Assembly (NCBI GenBank): GCA_050613775.1
Contig: JBODTK010000130.1
Coordinates: forward strand, 186,001 to 250,000
From: Neocallimastix sp. 'constans'
Taxonomy: Eukaryota
Length of the DNA: 64,000 bases
Reading direction: 5' to 3'
The notes below the pieces were generated by a model. It ran no database searches. It saw only the letters and a program-made list of their open reading frames with translations, and had not been told where the DNA came from. Position 1 is the stretch's first letter; the number at the start of each line of letters is the position of its first letter. Shown piece by piece: positions 51,157-64,000 of the stretch. A program made the position numbers and the translations under genes.

Positions 51157-51361
51157 GGAATTATTTATTAATTGAAACTATATATAAATATATTTTTTCA
51201 ATATTTTTCTATATATTCTTCTTTTCTATAAATATATAAATTTATATATTATATTACGTATTATTATTATTATTTTTTTTTTATTTTATTTTATATATAT
51301 TCAACTTTTATCAACTTTTTTATCATTCATCATTCATCATTTAAATTACTGAAATTAAATT

Positions 51362-51421
<60 letters not shown>

Positions 51422-51851
51422 CTTTCTTTATTTCTTATCTAACTTAAAAAAAAAAAAAAAAAAGTCAATTAGCCAATAATATATTAGATGGAAAAATTCC
51501 TGAAAAGAAAAAAAATTTAAAGAGTTGTCGATTCACTGGAACGTCCTTATGTACGGAGACGAAGCTTAGCTGTGACAAGACATTAAAAATTTGTGAGGGT
51601 GATGGTGATGGTAACGGAAACAGTAAAAAAATGCTCAGTACTCCAGTGCTCATTGGTATTATCATAGGTGCCGTAGTTCTCATCGGTATTTTCTTTTTCT
51701 TAATTTGTTGTTGCTGTTGCGGCTGCTGTGGTCATAATAAAAATTCCAAAAATAAAAATAAAGAGAAGACGAGAATGACCGCTGCTAGTGAAACGACATT
51801 AATCACAAAAAATAGGTTAAGTAGTTTAAGTAGTTCATCCAATGGTAAGAA

Positions 51852-51887
<36 letters not shown>

Positions 51888-52518
51888 CAGTAGTAAAGAA
51901 AATATTAATTTTAGTGATGTTGTTCAACCCTTGGACAATGATCCTAATGATAATAATTCTCATTCCATTTTTGAACCTTTACCGGATATTTCACGTGATG
52001 ATGGTAAACTTGGTGATATTTTTGTAAAGAATGAGCCCTCCTTTGCTCTCCTAGATATTCCAGAAAGTGCTAAAGGTAATTTCATGGATGATTTAGTAAG
52101 AGGAAATCCAGCCCTTCTCACTAATTTTATTTCCAAAGAAGAAGAAGAAATGAAGAAGGAAAAAGAAAAGGAAAAGGAAAAGAAGAAGAAGAAGAATAAG
52201 GATGAAAAGAATATATCTTTTATCAATCACCACCACAAAGGAAATCAAACTTTTAATTCTTCTTCTTCCCATTTTTCATCCTCTTCCTATAATGCTGCAG
52301 ATACCTCTCGTTATTCTCATTCTTCTCGCTCTTCTACCTGTTCTACCTGTTCCTGTTCCTCTTCAGGATCCTCCTGCTCTTCCTCCTCTTCCTCCTCCTC
52401 TTGTTCCTCCGCCTTTTCAACAACTTCCTATCAACCAAGAGCAAAACCAAAACCAGCGACAACAACAGCCGTAGCAACAACCTTCACCTCTACCTCTTCA
52501 GCGGCTGCAATGGTTTAA
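49911..52518 (+). CDS. Single-pass LRR receptor-like protein, about 540 aa, 5 exons (49911-50191, 50351-50422, 50660-50731, 50937-51080, 51465-52518)
   Basis: Signal peptide MKVSTLFLFIILVV..; S/T stalk; Cys cap (DC..CC..C); plant-type LRRs LSLANTGLIGTLP, LELNDNKLNGTL, LNLNNNQLSGTVP and LQLANNILDGKIP; TM VLIGIIIGAVVLIGIFFFLI; CCCCCGCC; Ser-rich tail. All introns are phase 2, GT..AG. Confidence 0.9.
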
Positions 52519-52627
52519 CACCCTTCCTCCCCTCTATCCCACCATAGAATAGAATAGAAATAGAAATAGAAATAGAAAAGAACAAAAAAAAAAAAAAAAT
52601 AATTATTACCTATATTAAATTAAAATA

Positions 52628-52680
<53 letters not shown>

Positions 52681-52802
52681 TAAAACGGATAAAAGGAAAG
52701 GGGAAAGAATATAAAAAAAAAAAAAAAAAAAAAAAAAATTTTTTTTTTTGTAATATTATTATATATTATTTTAACCTTTTATTTTTATTTTTTTTATTTT
52801 TA

Positions 52803-52833
<31 letters not shown>

Positions 52834-53155
52834 TTGATATATATATATATATATTTATTTTTTTTTTCTATTCTTTATCCTATCTTTCATTTATAATATA
52901 TATATGTATACTATTGCTTTTTTTTTTTTTTTTTTTTTTACTTATATATATGTACTATTGCTTTTTTCTTGTCATGGTTACTATCAATTTCATACTTTAT
53001 TTTTTTTTTTTTTTAATAAAAAAATAAAATAATAAAAATTATTTAAATATATATATATATTCAATTTTTTTTTTTTTTTTTTTTTATTTTTCGACATTCA
53101 ATACCTTAATTTTATATATAACAATATATTTATTATGACTATTATTTTTTATTTT

Positions 53156-53192
<37 letters not shown>

Positions 53193-53216
53193 TTATTTTT
53201 ATTTATTTATTTATTT

Positions 53217-53247
<31 letters not shown>

Positions 53248-56200
53248 TTAAAAATATTCCATAGTAATTTTATATTTATAAAAAAGTTTTGAAGTTTAAA
53301 ATAAAAAAAAAAAAAAAAAAAATAGGTAAATAAAATTTTAAAATCAAATCATTAATAATCTGTTAGAATAGGTGGTGTGATGAAATAGATGGGAAAAAAA
53401 ATAAAATAAAAAAAAAAAATAAGCTTCAAATATATTGAATTGAATTAAAGTTGAATGAAATTGAAAATGGGAATATTTTCAAATAAGTAAACTATTACAG
53501 TCAATCAATGAATGAATCGAGCTGATAATATTATAGTAGTACTTAACACGCATAACTAATATTAAAAAAAAAAGAAATTTAAATATTTCATACTCCAAAA
53601 ATACTATCATATAAAATATGGGGCCTGTATAAAAAAATATATATATATATTTTAGTTTTTATTTACAAATCAAAATAATTTACTCTAAAATATATTTAGA
53701 TTTGATTTGTAATAATTTTAAATAGTTAATAAAAAAGGAAGTCCTCATTTTATACTGAATTTTTTGTATAAAAATTCAAAAAGATATTTGTATCTTTGAA
53801 CTAATTACATGTAAATTATATAAAATTGTTAATATATTTTTATATATATTTATATATATTATATTAATTCTCTTGTATTTTTTATTAAACAGTGAAAATG
53901 TCATTAATACTCATATTCATAAATAACTAATTTTATCATAATTCGGTATATTTTTTATAAAAATAGTTAATTAATAAAAAAAATTATTTAAATCTCTCAA
54001 AATTTCTCTATTTTTTTAATATAAAATAATAAATATATAATTTATAATCAATTTCATTAATAGATATTATCAATATAAGAATTTATATTATAATAATAAG
54101 ATTAAGCAAAATATACTCCATTAAAAATAAAAAACAATATTTTCAAAAAAATAATATATAATTAATAAATTTTTATATTAATTACTAATTTCATTATTTT
54201 TATTAAGAACAAAGAAAGAATTTATAAAATAAAAGAAAAATAATCAGCATTTAAAAATATTAAATGTTCTCTTTTCATTATATGTCAGAGAGATTCCCAT
54301 TTTTTTAATAAATCATCCTTTAAATTCTTCTTTTATTTCTTTCTTTTTCTTTTTTTCGAATTATTTTCATTATTGTTACAATTTTTTAAATAATTTATTT
54401 AAAAAAACTTTTAATGAAAATAACCATTTTGTCTAAAACTTTTTTTATTTAAATTTCAATTTATGAAATTTAAATTATAAAAAAATTGAAAAACAGACTG
54501 AAGAAAAATAATTTCGATTAATCGAAGAAATCAAGTATTTATATTGTTAAATATTAATATGATTGGCTGATGTTGTTTTTATCTTTATTTTGATTGATGG
54601 AATTAATTAATACTAAAAGTTAAAATAATTAAATACTAATAAATAACAAATAATAAAAAGAGTATTTATTAACAAATAATAAATAATAAATAATAAAAAG
54701 AGTATTTATTAATAAATAATAAATAATAATACAAAGAGAATTTATTAATAAATAATAAATAATTATGATCATTAAATAATTGATAATATATAATAAAATA
54801 TAAATGGAAGTATATGACATTTTAACTTAAAATTACTAATAATTTATAATTCGAGAATTTTATAAATAATTTGCATAATGCTATTATGGATTATTGTTAT
54901 TTTTTCCAAAACAGTGTATGATTATTAAAGCATCTCGAAGATTAATATTAATATTAAGATTGGGGATTAACTATTAATAATTATAATAAAATAAAATATG
55001 CATATTTTTTTTTTATTTTAGTAGTTTTTATTTTAATTTTTTAATTTTTTTATAATAGAAAAAATGGATTCTACATAAATACAAAAAAATATAATTATAA
55101 AATATTAAAATTTTTTCATTCTTATTATATTTATAGTGAAAGATAGTCTATGAATTTCATTTATAAATGATGATTATATAGATATAAATAGATCTCTTTA
55201 TTTAAAAAATTTTTTTTGTTCTTTTAATAAATAATTATTAACATACAATAAAGCTTTACTATTAACAATAAGAAATGAATAAAATACTAAATTAATAATT
55301 ATAATAAAAAAAAAGTTAACATAATAAAATTTAAAAAATATATATAATAAAAGAAAAAAAAAAAAAAAAGTTAATTATATAAATTAAAACCATTAAAATA
55401 CGGATATAGATATATTTTCTCTATATATTAAATGAAAAATATATTTTAAAAATTTATATATTAAATGCTTACATAGATAATATTTATTAATATAAAATCT
55501 CTTTTTAATTTTAATTTTTTTTTTTTTTAATTTAGATTCTTCTTCTATACAAAAGATCTAATTTATGACAAATTAATCAAATCTTCAATTAATCGTCGGA
55601 TATAAAAATTTTTTTTATTAAAACAATAATTAAATAATTGAATAATTAAATAATTAAATAATTAAATAATTAAATAATTAAATAAATAATAATAATAATA
55701 ATAGTAATTATAAAAGAAATAAAAATAAAAAATAAAATAAAATAAAAATAAAAAAGAGATTATTAAAATTATTAAAAATTATAATTAAAAAATTTTATGA
55801 CGTGGACACAGATCCATACATGTTTCATTAATATAAAAAAAGAAAAAAAATTTTTAATACTGAATTTTAAGTATTGATAAATATAATATATATTGTATGA
55901 AAGATAAAAAGGTTACTATTAACATTATCTAATAATAAATAATAATAATAATAATAATAATAATATAATAATAATAATAATAAATTAACCATTTTAATAA
56001 ATTCAGTGCTACTTCTTTAAAAAAAAAAAAAAAAGTATTTATAATATAATCCTTTAATTTTGTTATTTTGTTCTAACAATGGATTTAATTATCCTGCAAT
56101 AGTTTATGTACATAACCCTTTCAATTTAAACATTTACTATTTAATACATCTACAAACTTTATAATCTTTATTTTAAATAAATAAACTATTATGCTTGTTT

Positions 56201-56602
56201 GGCATCAAAAATCCAAATCCAAATCCAAAATCATAAAATAAAGAGATAAAATTTAAGTATACATATATAATTTAAATCAATTTAATACTAATAAAATAAT
56301 AAAATAATAAAGCTTGATAAATAATAATACTTTTTTTAATTTGAAAAGAGCAAAAATAAAAATAAAATAAAATGAAATAAAATGAAATAAAATGAGTAGG
56401 ATGAAATATGAATATAAAGTACAGATTGAATAAAATACAATAAAATTGAAAAAAAAAAAAAAAAGAATAAATTAGTAGTAAATAAGTAATAAAAAAATTA
56501 ATTTAAATATTTTTAATATATATTATATTTATTATATTTAAATATTTTTATTTCATTTTTGGTTTTTATAGAAACATAATTTTTAATTAATAAATTTAAG
56601 TA

Positions 56603-56647
<45 letters not shown>

Positions 56648-58194
56648 GTCTTGTTTCTCTTAATACTTTTATAATTAATATAAAAAATAATTTTTTTGTT
56701 TTAATAACTTTTTATATAATATTTTTTTTTTTATAAATTATTTAATTGATCTCTTTATATATATAATTCAAATTTTTTTTTTTTTTTTTTTATAATTCAG
56801 AGTTCATCTTTTAATTTTTAAATATTCAAGTCTTCTTCTCTTCTCTCATTTTTCTTCTTTTTTAATTAAAAAATTTTCCTTTAATTCATTTTAAATTTTT
56901 TTTTTTTTAGATATCTATAAAATAAATATATTATTAAATATTTATTTAATATATTAATATTTTATATTTATATATTTATAATATTTATATTTATAATATT
57001 TATATTTATAATATTTTATATATTTTCATGATATTTTATATATATTTATATATTTTATATTTATGATATTTTATTATATATTCATATTTTAATTAACTTT
57101 TTTTTTTTTTCTATTTTTATAATAAAGACTTTTTTGTTAATAATTAAAAAAAACAATTAAAACTACACTTTCTATAAATTGTATTACATTCTAATATATT
57201 ATGAATAGAAATGGTTTTAATATCACTATTGTACTACTTTTAATTTCTATTTTTTGATATTAATTAAGATTTTTAATTTAAAATTTTAAAATTTTTATTT
57301 TTAACCAATAAGAATTCTTTTTAAAAATGAAGATGGTTCAAAAAGTGTGACTACACATGTTGAAATTAGATGATTATAATTAGAAATGATAGATAAATTT
57401 ATGTTAAATATTTATAAATTAATGTATATTTCTTTTTTTTAAAAAATTTTTATATATAATATTATAATTGTATAATACATTTTAATATATTATATATATT
57501 AAAAATATGTAATATTGTTAAACTTTATTCTAAGTTTTATTTATAAAATGAATTAAAATATATTGTAAAGATGTTAATATAAATATAAATATAATTATAA
57601 TCATAAAAATATATTATATAAATAAGTATTATAATATTATATATATATAAAATAAATGAATAATTTTAATATATTAAATCTTCCAACTATAAAATAAAAT
57701 TTTTATATTTAAAATAAATATATAAACTATTATAAAATAAAAATGAAACTATATATATTGTTATATAAATAAGAATATAGATTATATACTTCATTTATAA
57801 ATAATAATATATTCTAAAGAATAAAAATATAAATTAATTCATTATTTACTATTTAAATATTAAAAGTATTATTTATTTAATTATTATTTACTATTCATTT
57901 AATTACCATAAATAATTATTTTATTATTTAATTATTCATTCATTCATTTATATTTATTTATTTATTTATTTATTTATATAAAGAAAAATAGCGAGATGTG
58001 ACTTTGACTATTTATTTATTAATATATATATTCTATATATATATTTATTTATTTATTTATTTATTTATTATATATTGATATAAATTTTTATAATTTAATT
58101 TGAGGTTTTATTAATGTTTTATATATATTTAAAGTTCAAATAAAAAATTATTTTCTATTGAAACTTACCTAAAAATATATATAAAGGATTATTA

Positions 58195-58232
<38 letters not shown>

Positions 58233-58996
58233 ATCTTTATAAAAATAATATATAATAAGAAATAATCAAAATTTTCTAAATTTAAAAATTTTTAGAGAAA
58301 GTATTAATATTTTATATATAATAATATTCATAAAACGAATCTATTATATATTAAAATATTAAAAAAAAAAAATAAAACGTTAAAGCAATATATTAATTAA
58401 AGAAAAAAAAAAGAATTCAGTATTTTTTTTTTTTTTTTATTTTTTATTTATTAGTATTATATTAAATAATATTATTTAGTAAAAAAGTTTATATAAAGAA
58501 GTAACTTTTTTTTTTATTAATAATATTTTAGTAAAAAAAAATAAAATAAAATAAAAGTATACATATAAAACTTATTATTCATTCAGTAAATTTTAAAACG
58601 CATTATAATATTTATTATTATATAATTTAATTTAAAGGTAAGAATTTTATTTTATTTTTTTTTATGGACTAAAATAAACTAAAGATTAATAAATTAGTCA
58701 TTGTATAAAATATTATATATAAATATATTTGTGTTAAAAAACATATTGGTTATGTAAATTGTAATATAACCAATTAAACTAATTAAAATAAAAAATATTA
58801 TTAAATTTTATATATTAATATTATTAATAATATATATATATATATATTTTATTGTGATATAAAAATTGAAAATTTCATCTTTTTTTTTTTTTTTTTTATG
58901 TATATATTACTTCTACTTCTGCTTTATTAGTTAAAAAGTTTTTAATTTTGTTTAATTAAATACATTACTAATCTATTTATTTGAAAGAAAAACAAA

Positions 58997-60238
58997 ATGA
59001 AGATCAAGAGTATTATGAAGAGAAAGACTATCAATAGCACTACTTCCTCTCTTAAGAGTAAACCTGTAGTTCATGATAATGAAGATAGTACTATCATTAA
59101 GGACGATTTCTCTATTCTTCATGATGGTGAAGAAAAAACTTTAATGAATAACAGAAACGCTAGTACGGAAACTCTTGTTGAAATGGCCGAAAATCAGGCC
59201 AAGACTAACCAATTTGATGCTTTCAAGGCTGAAATGCTTAAAATGTTTGAAGAACAAGAAAAGAAGCACAGTGCTATGGTTAGTGTATTAAATGAAAAAA
59301 TTGAAAAATTAACTGAAGAAAATGAACAATACCAAACCAAGATCACTGAACTTGAAAAGAAGTTGAGTGAATTAGAAAATAATAAGGACATGGTTAGTAA
59401 GGTTCAAGGTTTAGAACAAAAGGTTGAAAACTTAGAAGATCAATATCTCGAACAAAGTCAAAGCATTAGTCAAAGAGAAATCTCTGATGATCAAATTGCT
59501 CAAACTATAGATTTAGTAGCTCAAAATAATCGTAGTGTCCTTGACCTTCAAAAGAAGGTCAATGAATTAGAAAAATCAGATGCTAAAATCATTGAAGACC
59601 ATAGCTTTATGACTAAAGAAGTTGAAAGATTAAATACTTTTGTTATTAACAATGAAGAAATTAAGGTAAAAATAAAGAGGAGTAAAAAAAAAAAAGTTTT
59701 TTTATTTTTAAGAAAAATTTATAAATATTAAAATAATAAATAATAATATTATTCAATAGGATTAATTTTTTTTTTAAAATGAATATATAATTAAGTTAGA
59801 ATAAAATAAAAAAGATATATATATAGATATATATAGATATATATAGAAATATATAGAAATATATAGAAATATATAGAAAAATAGAAATATTTTCATATAT
59901 ATTTTTCAATTTTATTGTAATAAGTTATTATTATTTAATATCATTTATAATTTATTATATAATGGATAATATATATTTATTATTATTATTACATTATTTT
60001 GCTTTAATTTATATATTGATTATTATTATTATATTTAATTATAATATTAATTTAATTTTATGGTTTATTAGCATAGAAATTTAATATTAATAATAACAAT
60101 GATAACAATAATTTTATCAATAATAATGGTGTATATTAAATATACAAATATATTTAATAATAATATTAATGGAGGCAGTATTAAAAAAGAGCGATCTTTT
60201 TATAAAAATTATTATGACAATATACATGATACATTATA

Positions 60239-60285
<47 letters not shown>

Positions 60286-60518
60286 TATTAATAATAATAA
60301 TAATTAAACATTATTTAAGATAGTTTAATTTCAATTAAATCATATATACCTATTTTTATTATCTACAAAGTTTTATATATATACCAATCATTATATACTT
60401 TTTTTTTTTTTTACTTTTTGCATATTTTTATTATACTTTTATTTTTTTTTATAGAATTTTTTTTTATTAATTTAATTTTAATTTTATTTTTATTTTGATT
60501 TATATTTATGCTTTTTTG

Positions 60519-60563
<45 letters not shown>

Positions 60564-61083
60564 TTTTTCAATAAATTAATAAATTATTTTGGAATGATAT
60601 TAAATTTGGAAATTAATAGATTTTCATTAACAAGAGAAATGGTAGTACTTTCAGTCTTACTGCTACTTCAGCTGAAACCGTTGATGAATTAAAGAGACAA
60701 ATTCAAATGGAAATTGGTTGTGATATTGCTTCTGAATTATTAAGTTATGAAGGAAGAGTATTAGAAGATGAATACACTTTACACGATTACAACATTAATA
60801 ATAGTAAGTTTCAAAAAAAAAAAAAAATTAAAATAAAAAATAAAATAAAATAAAATAAAAAATATATATATCTATTTAGGGAAAAATATTTAAATTAATA
60901 TAATAATAGTTATAATAGTAGATATATTAGGATATTTGGAAAAAAATTATAAAAATCATAAATTTTTTTTTGATACAATAATGAAAGCTAATTAACAAAA
61001 AAATATTTTTTATTTATTTATATATTTTAAAAAAATTTTAATTATTATTAGATTCAACTGTTCAACTCGCTTTACGTTTTTAA
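58997..61083 (+). CDS. Coiled-coil protein with C-terminal ubiquitin-like domain, 294 aa, 3 coding exons (58997-59665, 60620-60803, 61052-61083)
   Basis: Heptad-rich region, then IKIFINKRNGSTFSLTATSAETVDELKRQIQMEIGCDIASELLSYEGRVLEDEYTLHDYNINNNSTVQLALRF*, which aligns by eye to ubiquitin. Splice phases are consistent. Confidence 0.88.
59815..59890. repeat. 10-bp intronic minisatellite (ATATATAGAW)n
   Basis: atatagatat/atatagaaat tandem units. Confidence 0.8.
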
Positions 61084-61725
61084 ATTAATTTATAACTTTT
61101 TTCTTTTTCTTTATTCTTTTTATCTTTTTTTAAATTGAAAAAAATTTTCAATTTTTTTTTATTCAATCTTATTAATTTATACTTTGAGTATTTTTTTTTT
61201 TTTTATAAATTAATGAAGAAAAAATTACAAAAAGTGAAATTAATAATTTTATAAAAAAAAAAAAAAGTTGTTTTTTATATATTTTTTTCTATAATATCTT
61301 TAAAGATAAAAAGAAAGAAAAATGATATAAAATTAATTAAAAAAAAAAAAAATCCTGAACATTTTGTAAAGAGTATCAAATTTATATGAAAAATATAAAA
61401 AGGATTTTTTCTTAACATATTAAAATATTAAAAGATCAAAGAAGAAATTAAAGAAGAAATTAAAAAAAAATATTATAGAAATAATTAATTATAGTTGAAA
61501 GATTGACCAACAATTTCAACAATTTCAATAAGAATAAAATAAAATAAAGAAAAGTTACATAAAAGGCATTAAAAGATGAAAAAAAAAAAAAAAAAAAAAA
61601 AACAATTCAAAGCAATAATATAATATATTAAAGATTCAAAATAAAAATATCATCTAAATAATAAATAATAATTATAAAAACATAATCAAATCCAAAAATA
61701 AATAATATAATTATTATATTTCATA

Positions 61726-61756
<31 letters not shown>

Positions 61757-62367
61757 GAAAAAAAAATTATATAAAATCTATTTTTAGAATAATTTATTCT
61801 TATTCTTTTTTCTTTTTTGTTTAGTTATTATATAAGCTATTTTTTTTTACTTAAAATATAATAATTTTTTTTACAAAACATTTAAAAATCAAGATCGTAA
61901 ATATCCAAAAATTCTTATTAAAAAGCAAAAACAAAAAAACATTTATTAATAATAGCATTTAATCAAATCTCTTTATATATATATGTATAAATAAAAAATA
62001 TAAATAATTAATAAAAACAAAAATAATATATAATATTTATATATTATATATATAATAAAAAAAAAGTAAAAATAATTACAAAAAATAATTATAACAATAT
62101 ATAAAAAATATTATAAAGATTTTTTTTAATAATAATAAAAAAAAAAAAAAAAAAGAAAAGAAAAAAGAAAAGAAAAGAAATGTAAATAATTTGATTAAAA
62201 AATATATATTACATACAAAAGAAAGAGAAAAAAAAAAATTAAAAAACATTTGAAAGTTTTTTTTTTAAAAAAAAAAAAAAAAAAGAAAAGAAAAAAGAAA
62301 ATAAGAAAAAGAAATTATATAAATATATAAATTTTAATGAAAATAATAAAAATTATTTGAAATAATG

Positions 62368-62398
<31 letters not shown>

Positions 62399-62823
62399 AT
62401 CAATAAAATATAATAAATTATAAATATTAATAAAATAATTAATTACTTAATAAAAATAATTAATAATTAAAATATACTATTTTTATTATAATTATAATTT
62501 TATTTTAAATTATTTTTTATATAGTTTCCTTTTTTTTTTTTTTTTTTTTTTTAAAGTATTATTATTTTATTTTATTTTTATTTTATTTTTATTTATATTT
62601 ATATAAAACTTTTTTAATTTTTTAACCTATCTTTCTTTACTTTTAATTCATAATTTTTTTTTACAATTCTCTTTAAAGTTTTACTTTTCTTATTTTCTTT
62701 ATTATTTTTTTTTTTATTTTTTATTTTTTTTTTTTTTTTATTTTCTAAAAAAAAATAAATAAATGAATGAATGAATAATAAAATAAAATAAATAAATAAA
62801 AAAAAAAAGAGATAATCTAATAC

Positions 62824-62858
<35 letters not shown>

Positions 62859-63255
62859 TTTATTTTTATTTTTATTTTATTGTAATTTATTATTTTTAAC
62901 TAATAAAAATAATAATAATTATAAAAGAAAAAAAAGAAAAAAGAAATAAATATTATTAATAGCATTTTTTTTTATAACAAACAAAAAATAATAAAAAAAA
63001 AAAAAAATAAAAAAATAATATATAAATAAATAATATATAAAAATAAAACAATAATTATTATATTATTAATAAAAATTATTTTAAAAACAAAAATTATATT
63101 ATATATTATTCAATTCAATTTTAGTTGTGTGCAATAAAGGAATAAATGGAACATTTTAACCTGATGAGTGATTCAAATTCAGAAACTTTTTGGTAATTTT
63201 TTTTTTTTTTTGTTTTTTGTTATGTATATATATATATATTTTTTTTTTTTTGTTA

Positions 63256-63289
<34 letters not shown>

Positions 63290-63479
63290 TTTTGTTATAT
63301 ATATATATATGTATATATATATTTTTTTTTTTTGAAAAGAATTCTTATCATACTTCTTAATAACTTATTATTAGTATTTGACATTTTTGACAATGGAAGT
63401 AAATGTATTGGAAAACCAAAAAAAAAAAAAAAAAAAAAAAATCAAATTAAAAGTTAAAAAAAAAAAAAAAAAAAAAGGA

Positions 63480-63551
63480 AGGGGCGTTCCGGATTTGAAC
63501 CGAAGACCTATTGATCTGCAGTCAATTGCTCTACCGCTGAGCTAACACCCC
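63480..63551 (-). tRNA. tRNA-Cys(GCA)
   Basis: The reverse complement GGGGTGTTAGCTCAGCGGTAGAGCAATTGACTGCAGATCAATAGGTCTTCGGTTCAAATCCGGAACGCCCCT folds as a cloverleaf with anticodon GCA and is followed by a poly-T terminator. Confidence 0.96.
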
Positions 63552-63566
63552 TTTCGCGAAATGAAG

Positions 63567-63648
63567 CGTCAGCTGCAGGGTTTGAACCTGCGCGGGCAAA
63601 GCCCACCAGATTTCAAGTCTGACTCCTTAACCACTCGGACAAACTGAC
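63567..63648 (-). tRNA. tRNA-Ser(TGA)
   Basis: The reverse complement GTCAGTTTGTCCGAGTGGTTAAGGAGTCAGACTTGAAATCTGGTGGGCTTTGCCCGCGCAGGTTCAAACCCTGCAGCTGACG has anticodon TGA, a long variable arm and a G discriminator. Confidence 0.96.
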
Positions 63649-64000
63649 TACTTCAAATTTTTTGATACAAGATGAAAAGAAAAATAATGATATTTTAAAA
63701 TTATTATTAAATTATATTAATTATATAAAGTTTGTAAAATATATATTATTATAAAATTAAAATTAATTATATAAAAATGATGAATTATATTAATTATAAA
63801 TCATATAAAATAATATTATTATAGTATAAAATTTAATTATTATAATATAAACTTTTATATTAATGTTTATATAAAATATAACAATTATGATTTAATATAG
63901 AGATAATAATTATAAAAAAAAATATATAAAAATATTATAAAAAAAAAAAAATGTTTTTGTTAAAAAATTATTGATATATGTTAATTAGTAATAGTTGATT

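Noticed and set aside
53340..56230. Scattered higher-complexity patches (possible TE or gene relics)
   Set aside because: No recognisable motif, ORF or repeat partner within the window.
63125..63192. Hammerhead-like CTGATGAG...GAAAC, or an isolated exon bounded by AG/GT
   Set aside because: Stem II lacks the closing G-C pair and I found no stems I/III; no partner exons were identified.

Overview
Extremely AT-rich, intron-containing eukaryotic genomic DNA with long poly-A/T and (TAA)n tracts. The composition is typical of an anaerobic gut fungus (Neocallimastigomycota), but that assignment is inferred, not proven. The window is dominated by a 17.5-kb intronless ORF (16724-34252, 5842 aa) encoding a midasin-related giant protein: six AAA+ modules, a long linker, and an unusual C-terminus of VWA, VWA, an alpha/beta domain and a third VWA. 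It sits behind a four-copy tandem upstream repeat. I reconstructed four spliced genes by hand: a stand-alone CBM48 protein with a 5-nt micro-exon, an RNI-type LRR protein, a plant-type LRR receptor-like membrane protein with 72/144-nt LRR exons, and a coiled-coil plus ubiquitin-like protein. There is also an intronless bacterial-type O6-methylguanine methyltransferase with a repeat/NLS-like tail, and a tRNA-Ser/tRNA-Cys pair only 15 nt apart. Mobile DNA comprises several decayed non-LTR retrotransposons, including a LINE nested in another LINE with a 12-bp target-site duplication, and a Ty1/copia remnant.
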